DNA of 64,000 nucleotides from contig OX597814.1 in the NCBI GenBank assembly GCA_951406725.2, positions 26,164,001 through 26,228,000 of the forward strand. Direction: 5' to 3'. Shown here in pieces: positions 1 to 13,510 of this stretch. The notes beneath the pieces were generated by a model. The model did not search any database and was not told the DNA's origin. It saw only the letters and a program-made list of their open reading frames with translations. Source of the stretch: Octopus vulgaris. Its lineage: Eukaryota. The translations under genes and the position numbers were made by a program. Position 1 is the first letter of the stretch; every line of letters begins with the position of its first letter.

Positions 1-40
<40 letters not shown>

Positions 41-45
41 ATATA
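1..45. repeat. (TA)n microsatellite
   Basis: Direct TA dinucleotide run at window start. Confidence 0.95.
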
Positions 46-341
46 TGCATATACATGCACATGTACTCACACATATGTTCATATCAACACCTACACACGT
101 ATATGTACAATTTAAATAGATTTTATCTATTTTATGATACAAAAACTTAAAAGTTCTCAAAATACTTTTTATGTTGGAAGCGTGTTATGTCCAGAATATA
201 TTTGTCATATGTAAAGTTTATTTAACCAACACTAAAAGTTTTGTGCAATCATCAGCCTTTCTGTTGTTTTCATGAAGTATTTTATATATAGATAAGCAAT
301 CCTGTTTACATCATAAACAACAACCCCACCAAATACATACA

Positions 342-346
342 TGTGT

Positions 347-390
<44 letters not shown>
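342..390. repeat. (TG)n microsatellite
   Basis: Direct TG run; explains the THTH ORFs. Confidence 0.95.
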
Positions 391-391
<1 letters not shown>

Positions 392-1203
392 AATACACAC
401 ACACATGCACACATATGATATATCTTTTGGCTCATGAACATACAAGCAGCAGGAATATAAAAGAGTAAGTTGTAAAAATGATATATCAAAGAAAAAATGG
501 GCAATGCATAAAGAAAGCAAAAATATGAAACAATGTTAGCTGGATCATTCATTCATGGTGTTGATGATGTCTTGCCAAATCCATGGTAGACTAAGAGACA
601 TAGGCTATATTTCATCCAGATGTAACTTAGGATTCTTGACATTTTAAATTTGTTGTAACCAATGTGGACACATCTCACATGTACCTTTACTTCAGCATTC
701 AATTTGCATATAAGCTCACAAATGTAGTGTTGAGATCTGGTGTTTTAAATAGGATAACTTTTTTGGTATTAGAAAGCTCTTTGTGTTATGTAGTAAGAAA
801 GACGTGGTTCAGAGTTTGGATTCTAGAGATTCCTATCACTAGATGGCATTAGTAGTTGTTTGACATGTGACCCTGAGATACCTACTGACAGTATGGAAGA
901 GTTTCAAACATTGGAATGGATTTCAAAGAGCTTGAAAAAAACTTAGAGTAGCTCCAGTAGTTTCTGCATGGGACAGGGCATTTCTGATATTTATTTCATC
1001 AATTTATTTCATGTATTTCATCTTATTCAGTACAAAACTACATTTGAATCTAGGTTAATTAGAATCAACAAGTTGATGTTGATGACTTACAAATATTTTG
1101 CCTGCAATTCACAAAAAGATGTGACAGTAATTATCATAGGGCCCTTACAAGTCACTCTTATGAATTGCTGAATAATGGTAGCACACTGCCTTCCCCAGCT
1201 TGG

Positions 1204-1424
1204 TAACCCTTTAGCATTTAAACTGGTCATATCTGATCCAAATATTCTACTTGTTTTATGTTCAAACTAGCCAGATTCAGCCTCTCATACCTAGCCTACG
1301 ATATCATTCTAAAAATGAAAAATCACATTATTGAAACCTTGAAGCTATCGGCTAATGCATGATTAATTCAAAACAATGTGAATAACTAAGCATTACACTT
1401 GACAGAATAATCTGAATGCTAAAG
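1204..1424. mobile_element. MITE with piggyBac-like termini
   Basis: Starts TAACCCTTTAGCATT, ends AATGCTAAAGG (TIR); same family in opposite orientation at 27961-28184. Confidence 0.6.
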
Positions 1425-1779
1425 GCAGATGGTGGTGCAACTTTCACAATGAACACAATGAACTGTCAATAGCTAGATTCATTCTAAATGTGACAACAGC
1501 TGTTTGACAAAACTTCACAAGTCAGCAATCCTCAGACACTGCACAAGTGCATGAAATATGGTTTCATCACTTTGTGCTAATCTCAGACAATCCAACCTGG
1601 TGACACTTTCGCTTCTGAAAATTATACCACAAATTTATAGTGTCCCTTTGTAGCACTCCCAGACTAGGGATTTCTGGAAGTTATCCACCATAGATTCCTC
1701 TTCAAAAGTCCCTCACAACAGACCAGCTATTTCATCTTCATTGATGCCAAGAATTTCTTCAATAGCATGGGGATTCTAC

Positions 1780-3050
1780 ATAATGGTTTGTTAGCTATAG
1801 AAACTGTATTTCTGTTCCACAGTATTTAGTGTGAGATCCGGGCAGTAAAATGAATTGCTATGTTTAGCAAAATGAAAGGATTGGTAGGGCTAGATGGGGC
1901 TGGTACTCAGCTTGATAGTTCAAAGACACAAAAGTTATTATAAGAGTGATAGAAGAAACTATGTAAAGAAAAATTGTGTCTGTGAGTTGTGGCAGTAGTG
2001 TTTTATGAGAGAGATTTTGCCAATAAGTTGAACAGCATTTTCAGAAACTCTGTATAGGATGTTTGAATGTGTAGCTTTAGTATTTTGCTAGGTATATGAG
2101 CAGCAGTGTAGTTTCTATTTTAGCATTGATCAGAATTGAAGTCTTTTCTGATACTAAAGAGAAATTCTAGTCTTCAGTTTCAGCAATGTCTGTTATTGAT
2201 TTGGAGTGATCAGATAAGATTTTGTACTTGGTGACTTCACTGGTGTTTGTCAAATTGTGTGAAGCAGGAGAATTGGTGAGGACTTCTGTATAAATAGTGT
2301 GGAGCTGGATGCAAAACAGTAAGCATATGTAGTGGTATTCAATTTACAGAGCTATCTTTGCTGAGAAATTGTGGATAAAAATACTATTAAAAGTTAATAG
2401 AAATTTTCTTGGCATGGGACACAAAGGACCACTTATAATTTTGGAAATGAGAGATCCTGTATGAAGTTAATATATGAAGTGTCCTTTGTTTTACTAGTAT
2501 TATAGTGTTCTGTAAACAATTACAATGCTGACAAATAATGCACTCTATGTATCTGTAATCTCAGTGTAGGAACTATACTACAGCCAAAAGAAGTTGTATG
2601 CATTAAAGTCATTGAATTAATGTGGATTCAAAGAGAAGGAAATTAAGACATGTGTCCTCAATATTGGACAAGAAAACAACAGCTGGTAATTGGAAGAATT
2701 CGAAAATCTCAGAGGCAGCAGATGGGAAGAAAATTTCGAATATTATTAAATGAAAGTCTTTGTCACGAATGCTCAGATGAGAGAGGCAAATGGTAGGAAG
2801 AGTGGCTTCTGTAGTAGTGCAGATATTACACTCTAGCTAGAAGTTAGAATACAGCTTCTACCTTGAACAGAGTTGAAGTTGAAAACAATTTGCCTCTCAA
2901 AAAAATATTAGTCATAGTGTTGTGTTAGTAAGGAAATAGTAATTTGGTTGGTCCAAGTCACATTGACAGAAGTGCAAAGCAAAACTGATATTCCAATAGA
3001 GTGATTTCTATTTGTTTTTGTAACTTTGGTCTTTGCAGGCAGTGACTTCA
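1780..3050 (-). pseudogene. Highly decayed non-LTR retrotransposon (APE + N-terminal RT)
   Basis: Minus-strand NDFNAY (GDFNAH-like APE motif) near 2600 and EYQP (YRPI-like) near 1905; many stops. A plus-strand FIDAKNFFNS RT-like motif near 1735-1765 may be an inverted piece. Confidence 0.4.
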
Positions 3051-3856
3051 AACTGTTTGATTTATTAAGCCAACACAACTTGTTCATGCACTTCAGTTTC
3101 TGGTGGGTGATTTGTTTAGCTTACTACAATTAAATACTTTCAGTGATTTAGTCAGATGAGAAAGAGTAGGATTAATGATTCTTTTTCAGATCCTCCAAGA
3201 TATGTGAGAAGAAAAGGTGAAGTTATAATCAAACCAAAGCTGTAACCTAAATGCTTACAAGAGAACAGAATAAAGAACTCCATTAATGGTGGTCAAAAAT
3301 CAGGAGGTGATTTAAACTAAGCAATAAAAAAAGGATGCCATGTTCAATTTCTTTTGTCAATATTTTTTTAGATATTCTAAATATTTGGGGGTATGACCTA
3401 CAAATTTCTCATCCAAACACATTTAGGCCCCAATAACCAATGTGTCTTCAGATGGGCATTTAATAGATCAAAAATTACACAGTTGCCATAATTTAATGAA
3501 TCTTGGTAAGCTTGAATGTGAGAGACTGTAAAACAGTCTTTGAAGACTTATCTTTTTACTGGTAATTGAACCAATATGACATTAATGCCAGTTGTTTTAA
3601 CTGATGGCAGTATTTGGTTCTTTATTCTCATTTTCCCAAGGCAGTAAAATATGTTATTGTGCAAGACTTCTTTGCATATTGTGTGGTTTCATTTAGGTTC
3701 ACACCATCAGATTTTTGCCTTGCAAACCCACAAGCAAAGATTAATGCTTCTTATCTCTCTCAGCAGCAAATGTTCCTGATACAAAAAAATTATAAAACCA
3801 GGCCTGTTCTGTTTTTTAAAAAATTACTGTTATTCTGTAATTTATTTTTGTGTTTG

Positions 3857-4255
3857 GTGCAGGAATGGCTGTGTGGTTAAGAAGCTCACTTGGTTATCAT
3901 GCAGTTCTGAGTTCATCCACACTGTGCAGCACCTGCAAGTGTTTTCCATAATATCAGACTGATCAATTCCTTGTGAGTGAATTTAATAGACAGAAACTAT
4001 ATGGAAGCTTGTTGCATGCATACAAGTATGTGTGTGTATCTTCCTGTTTGTCTTTATCTTTCCACCATCACTTGACAATCGATATTAGTTTGTTTATGTC
4101 CCCATAACTTAATGATTCAGCAAAAGAAACTGATAGAGTAACCATCAAACTTTAAAAAGCTAAGTACTGGGAGTAGTTCATTCAACTACGCCATTCAAGG
4201 CAGCATCCCAGAATGGCTGCAGTTTAATGATGGAAACATGTGAAAGATAAAAGAA
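3857..4255 (+). mobile_element. tRNA-headed SINE (family A, decayed)
   Basis: Head GGTGCAGGAATGGCTGTGTGGTTAAG, core CCTTGTGAGTGAATTT..GACAGAAACT, tail ..GAAAGATAAAAG; homologous to 31575-31955 and 25990/27710-27935. Confidence 0.8.
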
Positions 4256-5096
4256 ACAATTGTATACAGATGCTACTAACTTTCAACATTTGTCATATTA
4301 GGCACTGTATCTACCAACGAACCTATATTATGAGATAAGCTATGCAAAGTAGTTATATGACAATATGAAACAAGGATTTGGCACCAGACCAGTGGAAAAA
4401 GTGCAGTTCTTCCAAACGTGGTTATGACTAAGCACATACACATTTTACAGTACTATTACAGACTTAAATGAAAATTTAAAAACTTTTATTTGTATCAAGC
4501 TTTTTGAAGCTAACGAAAAGATTCAATAAGACCTTTTAGTTAACAAGCCTCTCACAAACAGTTATAGACCCAGTAGAATCTGTCAATGCTTAGCATTTCA
4601 AAGAAACCATCAGAAATTCTACATGATATATGCTGTCATTTTAATAAGACACATAGAACATTTTGTTGAACAGAACAATGTTAATATATGAAATGTTCTC
4701 AAACCAATTTACCCCTAATTTGAAATTCTTATTTATGAGAAAATCTGAAAAAGGCCTCACTAATCAGTAAAGTTGAATCAGTACTCTAAATAAGTCATCA
4801 AGAAAGTTTCTATCAACCAGTTCATCGGTTATACTGTCAGACTATCTGTCAATACACTGAGACCAACCAATAACCACCCACATGTACTTAGCATAACTAG
4901 TCAAGTTGTTCAGTTTCAAGAATTTTATACTTAACTTGACAAGATACTACTCTAAAGAATTCACTTACTTTATGAATACTCATTGTTCTGTTGAATGCAA
5001 TTTGTATATGTTTGTTCTCTCAATATTCTTGTTAATGTCTTTAGTAAATTTTTATGCAATAGAGTGTTCAATATTCTAAAATAGAGCTAAAATAAT

Positions 5097-5100
<4 letters not shown>

Positions 5101-5173
<73 letters not shown>
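5101..5173. repeat. (TA)n(GA)n compound microsatellite
   Basis: Direct. Confidence 0.95.
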
Positions 5174-5175
<2 letters not shown>

Positions 5176-5525
5176 CATGAACTGCTTTTTTATCGTGTAT
5201 TTTAGTATTTTTATTGTGTATTTTATTGTATATCACCCAATCAGATTTTTTCTCCCTCATATCTCTCACCTTTCCCTACTCCATACTGGTATATCCCATC
5301 AACTGCACCTCCGCCCATGTTCATCATTCGCTGCGTTTATTATCTTGTTAAACCATCCAACCCATGCCAGCACAGAAAATAAATGTTTAATTATGATGAT
5401 GATGATAATGATGATAACGATGACGACAACGACGATGACAATGATGATGAATATTTATATAAACATATATATATATATGGGTGTGTGTGTGTGTATGTAT
5501 ACATCTATATCTATCTCATCAGCAT

Positions 5526-6720
5526 CATCATTGTTGTTGTTTAATGTCTGCTTTCTGTGCTGGCATAGGTTGGACGGTTTGACTGATTACTGGCAAGCTG
5601 GGAGGCTGCACTTGGCGCCAATCTGATCTGGCAAGATTTCTACAGCTGGATGCTCTTCTGAACTGAATGCCAACCACTCCAAGAGTGTAGTGGGTGCTTT
5701 TTACTTTCCACCAGCGAGGGAGCCAATCAGGTGACACTGGCATTGACCATGCTCAAATGGTGCTTTATATGTGCCACCAGCAAGGGTGCAGTCAGGTGGA
5801 GCTGGCATCAGTCACACTCAAATGGTGCTTTTTACGTGCCACCAGCATGGGATCCAGTCAGGTGGCACTGGCATCAGCCACACTTGAATGGCACTTTTTA
5901 CATGTCACCAGCACAGGTGCCAGTCAGGTGGCACTAGCATCAGCCATGACTACGATCTCACTTGGTTCAGCAGGTCTTCACAAGTGAGACATATTGCCCA
6001 ATGATTGAAGGGGTACTTTTAAATGGGCCAGTTATGTGACACTGGCATTGGCCATAGCTATGATTTCACTTGGCTTGCCAGGTCATCTCAAGCACAGCAT
6101 ATCTCTAAAGGTCTCAGTCACTTGTCATTGCTTCTGTGAGGCCCTATGTTCAAAGGTCATGCTTCACCACCTCATTCCAGATCTTCCTGGTTCTACCTCC
6201 TCCAGAGGCTCCCTCCAATATTAGGGTTTGTCACTTCTTCACACAGCTGTCCACATCCATATGCAACACATGATCATACCAACACAGTTATCTCTCTTGC
6301 ACACCACGTCTGATGCTTCTTATGTCCAACTTTTCTTTCAGGGTGCTTACACTGGCATGTATGTCATGTATGCACACTGACATTACACATCCAGCGGAGC
6401 ATATAGCTTCATTTCTTTCAAGCCTACACATATCCTCAGCAGTCACAGCCCATGTTTCATTGCTGGATAGCATGGTTGTTCACACACAGGCATCATACAG
6501 TCTACCTTTCAGTCTGAGTGAGAGACCCTTTGTTACCAGCAGAGGTAGGAGCTCTCTGAACTTTGCACAGGATATTCCCAGAGCATCCACCCCGCTACTG
6601 ACTTGGTCACCTAGGTAACAGAAGCTATCAACAACTTCTAGTTTTATCCTTGGCATGTGATGGAATCTGCTTTCTGTATATCTTAGGTGCTTATTGCTAT
6701 TGTGCATTAATCACACACAA
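5526..6720 (-). mobile_element. RTE-clade LINE, 3' fragment (RT C-terminus, 3' UTR, (GAT)n tail)
   Basis: Minus-strand peptides VDSFCYLGD, KFRELLPLL, ETWAVTAEDMCRLERNE; 3' UTR with repeated CAGTCAGGTGGCACTGGCAT units; homologous to 17100-18153. Confidence 0.85.
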
Positions 6721-6852
6721 AACTATTTTTCCAGTTAACCTTCCTTTGATATTGCTGCATATATATTTATATTATATATTAATAGCAATGGTAAGGCAAC
6801 AAAAGAATGAATGAAACTTCAATATTATGTAGATAGGGGAATTTATCTGTAA

Positions 6853-7252
6853 CTAGCAGTATCGCCCGGCATTGCTCGGGTTTGTAAGGGAAATAACTAT
6901 ATAAGCATTTTTAGAGAGTTATAGCCAAAAATAGCAAAAAAAAATGCATTAAAAATGGAAAAAAAATGATGGTAATTTATTTTTTAAATCGTTGACTCAT
7001 CGTAGACATTTTTAGAGAGTTACTTCCCTTATATAATAGCGAAAAAATGCATTAAAATTGAAAAAAATGATGGTAATTTTTTTTATAAATCGTAGACTCA
7101 TCGTTGACGCACGCTAATACCCAGAAGGGCTCGATATTAATAACGACTATAAGATACCCGGTTTTAGTTAAACTGCACCGCAAAAATGTGGGAGTAGTTA
7201 GGAATCTAAATCGTAGGAGACATACACACAACTTCACTTTTATATATAAAGA
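6853..7252 (-). mobile_element. Non-autonomous Helitron (400 bp)
   Basis: Minus strand begins A|TCTTTATATAT, ends with hairpin CCCGAGCAATGCCGGG then CTAG|T; no TSD; empty site reconstructable from the opposite palindrome arm (about 8215-8240). Confidence 0.85.
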
Positions 7253-8240
7253 TATAATATGTGACAATTATTCTGTTGCCATAATAAGACTCCGAGTTTG
7301 TTGTCTCGTCAGTTATTAAGGCAATCGAAAAATGCTATGAAAATGACCGTTAAACAAAGGGCAATTACTATGTACATGACCGTTATTAAGACAAAAGAGT
7401 TATTAGAATGACCGTTAAATAAGGCAAAAAGCCCAAAGGGGAGAATGTTGAAAGTAAAGAAGCAAAAATGCTCATAGCATTAGAGCATGTAGGCATGCAC
7501 ACTCATGTACATGTGCCTATATGCATATGCTTGCTCACACTCACATGGAACACATACATGCACACCCACACATATGCCAAAAGATGCACATATGTATGCA
7601 ACCATGCATGTACACATATACATACACACATGCATGCACACATACCCATACACGCACAATTATATTCAAATACACATCTAAAAATACGCACATGCTACAC
7701 ATGCATATGCACACGCAAGTGTGAGTGAGCAGATGCATATTTTTAGATGTGTATTTGAATATAATTGTGCATGTATGCGTATGTGCACATGTGTTCGTGT
7801 GTGGATTGGATATGTATATATGTACATGCATGGCTGCCTATATGTGTGCATTTATTGGTATATGTGTGAGTGTGCATGTATGAGTTCCATGCAAGTGTGA
7901 GTAAGTATATACATATAGGTACATGTACGTGGGTGTGCGTGCATGCATGTGTATGTATGTACATGAGTGTATATGTGATTGCTATGAGCATTTTTACTTC
8001 TTTACTTTTTACCTTATCCTCTTCATTTTTTTCCCCTTAGTTAACAGTCATTCTAATAGCTCTTTTGTCTTAATAACTGTCAAGTACATAGTAATTTCCC
8101 TTTGTTTAATGGTCATTTTCATAGCATTTTTTGATTGCCTTGATGCCTGATGAGATACCAGAGCAGGTTTCCACCCTGACTTCCAAAACTCAGAGTCTTA
8201 TTATGGCAACCAAATAATTGTTACATATTATATTACAGAC
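7253..8240. repeat. About 1 kb diverged inverted repeat (fold-back), centre about 7710, hammerhead-like motifs at the outer ends
   Basis: 7254-7690 is the reverse complement of about 7735-8232 (e.g. AAATGCTATGAAAATGACC / GGTCATTTTCATAGCATTT). Confidence 0.9.
7281..7320 (-). ncRNA. Degenerate type I hammerhead ribozyme motif
   Basis: Minus strand taataa-CTGACGA-gacaac-AAA-ctcggag-TC-ttatta: 6-bp stem I, core intact but stem II/G12 lost; partner at 8141-8203 (+) CTGATGA...CAAA-ctcagag-TC-ttatta. Confidence 0.55.
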
Positions 8241-11200
8241 AAGTGCACTCAAAACATTCTACAAAACTACAATTTTACACTTAAAGAATCATTATTTCAT
8301 TACATGCACCACACATGTAAAATGTGCTTGTAATCTTTTAGATGGATTTCAAGAAAGGGGATGTACCCACTAGTCACTGGTGAAGCCATTTTTAATTGGT
8401 TGTTGCCAATCACATGATCAAAATGCTGCAGGTCCTAAGTCTGGAATACTAAATTATAAGGGGTACTGCCTAGCTTTGGTGTAAATTCATTAACAAAAGA
8501 AGCCTGTACCTGTAGCTTATCATCAATAATTTCTCACCTCTGTGTTGTTTGATTTGGAATGTATGATACAGCTGACCAAATATTATCCTGAAAGAATCTG
8601 TACTAATGACAACAGTTAGGTAACTCCTTGGATTTTCTATGGGGATGTATCAAACTCTTTCAATATTTGAAACTTTTTAGATCACTGAATCTTCATCTGC
8701 ATAATGTATTGAGATATAGGATACGTTTAATGAAAATTCTCCACTATGATTGCTTCATTGAGCTTCAAGATAAATCAGAAGAGGAAGTGGAGTTTTCTCT
8801 GTTCCAAACCTGAAAAAGTACAAATGTTGATTGTAGTTGTTACTAGAGAGTCCGTATTGATCCTCTGGATACCATAGCTATCAAGTCATGAAGCTAATTT
8901 TGGAGAAGCAACAACCCTGAGCAGATAAACAGATTGACTTCAAAATTTGCAAGATGGCTGTTGATGTCTTTGTAGTTTTTTTCTCTTTTCTCAGACTATG
9001 GAATTTGATAGAGGAAACAATATAGTCTTGATAATAACTAACCTCAACACTCTGTGACATAAAGAGCTTATTTGTGCATTGGTGGGAAGTGGTATCTTAC
9101 AAGGATTGGAAATGTCTGACTCTGTGCATGGAAATATTTCAGTTGTGAAAGTTACATGAACTGTGACATAAATGATTATTCAGTTAAGTGCCTCAACAGT
9201 TCTGAAAGAATATTGTTTTGTTTTGTTTTTTTTGTTTTTGTTATTTTGTTTTTGTTTTTTTTCTAGGGTAAGTTGTGTTCAATGCCTTATATATGATCTG
9301 TATTTAAAATGATAATCATTCATGGTGTTAATTATCATTCATATTCTTAAGGTTTGCAGTGGTAGTGAAAATCAAATTTCAGTGTAATACTAGACTACTA
9401 AATAGTAATGAGTCAACCTATCATCCATTATTTGAGTTGGCTATAAAATTATCTTTAAACCTCATGTGATAATGGGTGAGATGTGTTGTTAATTTGTACA
9501 CTGGTAAAACATTTATGAATGATAGTATTACAGATTAATTTGACAGGACCCCTTTTTGTGCATTCAGTAATGTCTGATAGGACAACTACATTACCTGTAC
9601 TGAATTATTTGTATTAAAAAAGAGAACTAGATTCATGTCAATGTTCACATGTCAATGTTCACATAATATATTCAATATAAAAATGTTTGTGTCTATACTG
9701 ATAGAGAGTACTGGATAATCAACAATAAGGTTAATGGTTTATTGTCTGTCATTGATACAGCAGTTTGTCTAGAATTGAAACATTTCGCTCTCATATGGCC
9801 TAGACAATGGAAAATAGATATCCAGCTGAAAACTATATTGCCTATTACAGAAGTAATGTAAATTGATAAGCTGTTCATAAGCTTCTAGTGCTGTGTTCAG
9901 CTCTTTCAGCAGATATGGTCAGAAGATGAATTTGATCCCATTTATCTCAACTGCATCACATTGATGAATATTTACTCAACCATCTGCTAATGGACTGATT
10001 AATTAAATATGGGCAGAAAATATATTTCAATCTATATTTGTTTACTAGATTAATTTACAAGTAAGTCAAAATTCAAGACAACATTGTGTGCATAAACATT
10101 ATCTAGTATGGATGAAAACTGTTAAAACTACATTCCATCAGCACTGAACTGGTCATATTATATTTCAACAAGAATTGTTTCACCTAATTCTTCCTCCTCA
10201 TTAGATTAACTACATGAGATTCTCTCCTGTTTTTATGTTTTCCTGCAACTGTCAACTTACACTTTTTCAAGAGGTACATTATCCAAGTAAATATCTATAG
10301 TCTTAAATGGTTTACAAAAGGCATGGGCCCAGCTACTACTCTGAGACCAATTCCATCCTAACCAGAAAAAAAAAATGAAACCACTCAACATATAACTTCT
10401 CTATAATTAAGTTTTTAAGTTTTAATTGCAATAATGTAAGTTTCATATAACAAGGAATGTGACATGAATTATAGTCTTCATGTAGTTACATTTTATGTTG
10501 ATGTAAGTTTCAATATATATACAGCAGTAAAGTTTACCATTTAATAATGTTTATGTAAAGAACCTTCACCATTTATTTATGTGTATGTGTTCTTAACATT
10601 ACCACACTGGGTTTTTCTATTTATTGAGCACTTACACATCAATTTGCCAAAAGAATAAAAACAAATGTGCCTGCACATATGAGTGGGGAATTTTTGTGAG
10701 AGTTTTGATGTAGGTGTGTTCTATTTTGTTTTAAATATGAAATCTGATTTCTATGCAACCACTAGTAGCTGCTTGGCTCATTCATTGGTTCTGCAACATA
10801 AGACATGTACCAGCATATATAAATAAATAAGAGATATGTATGTATAAACATGCAAACAAATTACACAGACAATTACCTACCTACACTGGCATATTCTTAC
10901 GTACACAAACCACATATGTACACGTATATATTCTCACCTATGACATTACTCAGTAGCAGCCATACCGAAATAGAGACACAAACGCATTCACGTAAACACA
11001 CACATATGATAACTCATATAAATCCACTCAACATTATCACAATTTAAATTATACCTTCTTCTATAGAAAGAGAATTCCAAAGTAAAACAGGTTCCCACTA
11101 AAAATGTTCATTACAAATTTTTAATGCCTTTTGTGAAAAAAATAGAATGCAAAATAATTTTGTTTCTCTTTCTGGTTTGATTTCTGGCAGATAAAATTTA

Positions 11201-11754
11201 GATCTATCTACACATAAAACATATTTTATGACTTTTTACAGAGGAAAACCAAAGTGGAGCAGTTAATATTTATTTCAATGTGCTTTTCCTATCAAAGCCA
11301 TATTTTAGGCTTTGGAAATTAGAATCATATTTGTAAACTTTTATTGTATTATTTTCCTATTCTTTTTTTTTTTTTTTTGGTTTTTAGCTGCTAAACATTT
11401 ATATTTAAAATATGATGAAAACCATTTTCAATGAGAGAGGGTGAAGGCTCAAAAATAAATAAAATTAAAGAAGTGCAAAAAAAAAAAACAAAGAAAATAT
11501 AATGATTAATGCAGCATCCTGAATCACCTGACATTGAAAAATAACTGAAAACGTTAAAGTTGGGTTTAGAAAATTTCTAAAATAGCAATTTGTTGTGTAA
11601 GTAACTTTAATCTGATAATGTCTTTGGTTAAACTGTAGTATATAGTTCAGATAATATGGAAGTCAAAATGGTTTTGGAATATACATATACATATATATGT
11701 ATATATATCTTATATACACACACACTCACACATATATGTATATATATGTATACG

Positions 11755-11794
11755 TACATACATACATACATACATACATACATACATACATACA

Positions 11795-11826
<32 letters not shown>
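11755..11826. repeat. (TACA)n microsatellite
   Basis: Direct. Confidence 0.95.
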
Positions 11827-11830
<4 letters not shown>

Positions 11831-12079
11831 TTCCCCATTATATTCCCCAGATTTATCTTTGAAAGTAAATGAAATGAAATAATTCATAGGTAAAAATTTA
11901 AAATGAAGAAATGATCTATGCTTAAACTGCAATATAAATAATATCTTAGCTGAAGTATAAGCATCAATTTAACGGGGGTACAAATATCAATTTAACTGTA
12001 GTGAGTGAGAAAATCTGATAATCCAGTGGGTTGTAGGCACAGCACTTGAATTCTTCATTTTCCTGCAATATATCTAGCA

Positions 12080-12369
12080 TAGTGATTCTCAACCCTTCTT
12101 CTATCATGTGCCTCTTCATATTGATGCATTTCACCATTTAACCTATTACTTCGAAGTAAAAATATTATATATAGCAAGCATCACAAATTGTTATGGTTTC
12201 TTTATACTCGCCACAACCAAGATATAATATACATATACATTTTGCAAAAAAAGGATCATCAATTTTTTAAAAATATTTTTTGATAAATTTTGCAGATTAT
12301 ATATATGGTATGATCAGGTATTATATATTTATCATAGGAGTTAAATCTATCCCTGGTTGACAGTCACTG
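12080..12369. mobile_element. hAT-type MITE
   Basis: TIRs TAGTGATTCTCAACC / GGTTGACAGTCACTG; imperfect 8-bp TSD ATCTAGCA / TTCTAGGA. Confidence 0.55.
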
Positions 12370-12466
12370 TTCTAGGATCATTCACCTTGGCAGATCTCAT
12401 CCCTCTTTAAGTAGCATGTGTGTGTATGAGTGCAGGGAGTGGGGGATAAACTGAGGCTTATTTTTA

Positions 12467-12850
12467 GACATGGCTGTGTGGTAAAGAAGTTTATTTCCAA
12501 ACTACATAGTTTCAGGTTCAGTCTCAATGTATAGTACCTTGGGTAAGAGTATTTTACTATAACCCTAGGCTAACTTAAGTATTCTGAGTGGTTAGTAGTG
12601 TGTGTGTGAGTGGAGGGGATTTTGTTTCCTAGTCTTGACAATGCATAATCGTTGTAAACAAGTGTCATTGTCATATAAGCAGTGTCTTTCCTCAGCAATT
12701 CTCTGCAAAAATTTGTCTGGCCACTGGGAAATATTGCTTTGCTTGGAAACAGATAAGGTTGAAAACTGGAAGGGTATCTAGGCAGAGAAAATCTACTTTA
12801 ATGAATTTCATCCAACCCATGCAAGCATAGAAAAGTAGATGTCAAATGAA
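12467..12850 (+). mobile_element. tRNA-headed SINE (family A head, RTE-type tail)
   Basis: ATGGCTGTGTGGTAAAGAAG head, GGTTCAGTC B-box, tail CCAACCCATGCAAGCATAGAAAAG; homologous to 56645-57060. Confidence 0.75.
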
Positions 12851-13071
12851 GGATAATGTTGGTTGATAATGACTACATTATATAAGTAATTGTAGCATTG
12901 GTTCCTGGTTTCTAATAGATTGTTAACTGTATGATGATATTTTTAATGCTATGAGAGACAAGGAATTTTCAGTATCTATACCACTCACAAAGTATTTTTA
13001 TCTGTTTTCAGTTTCCATGACATTGTTTGCAACACACACAAAACCACCACTACCACCACTGCCACCACCAC

Positions 13072-13105
<34 letters not shown>

Positions 13106-13131
13106 TTCATCATCATCATCATCATCATCAT
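13072..13131. repeat. (CAT)n microsatellite, tail of a minus-strand RTE/SINE 3' end
   Basis: Direct; followed by decayed tail sequence to about 13238. Confidence 0.85.
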
Positions 13132-13239
13132 CTTTTTATGCTAGCTTGAGTTGGCAAATTGCCACAATCTAAATCATAGATTTGTCACAAAATTCTGACT
13201 TGGTATTTACTGCTAGATGCTCTTCCTTCAGCTAACCAT

Positions 13240-13510
13240 GGGCATATGGCATAGTGGTTAAGAGCGCGGGCTACTAACCCCAAGATTCCGAGTTTGATTC
13301 CAGGCAGTGACCTGAATAATAATATTAATAATAATAATAATAACAACAACAACAACAACAACATCGAAAAATACCTTAGGAATGAGAACCCAGGTTCAAA
13401 ATTTCTCCAAGACACTTGATGAAAGCTGGAGGGTATATCAGCCGAAACATTGTGCTAACAACAAACAAGATGAGGACAAATATCCATCAATTGTAAATAA
13501 TGTAAATAAG
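13240..13510 (+). mobile_element. SINE-like element: tRNA head + (AAT/AAC)n + hammerhead-bearing PLE-type tail
   Basis: A-box TGGCATAGTGG (13247-13257), anticodon-like loop CTACTAA, B-box GAGTTTGATTCC (13290-13301); cac-TTGATGA-a-agctg..cagcc-GAAA-ca-TT-gtg at 13413-13454. Confidence 0.7.

Noticed and set aside
8590-8820. Possible minus-strand coding exon after TTTTTCAG acceptor
   Set aside because: Stops in all three frames within about 60 nt; no recognisable domain
13240-13313. Possible bona fide tRNA-Ser gene
   Set aside because: Acceptor stem does not pair, B-box degenerate, followed by repeat body; treated as SINE head
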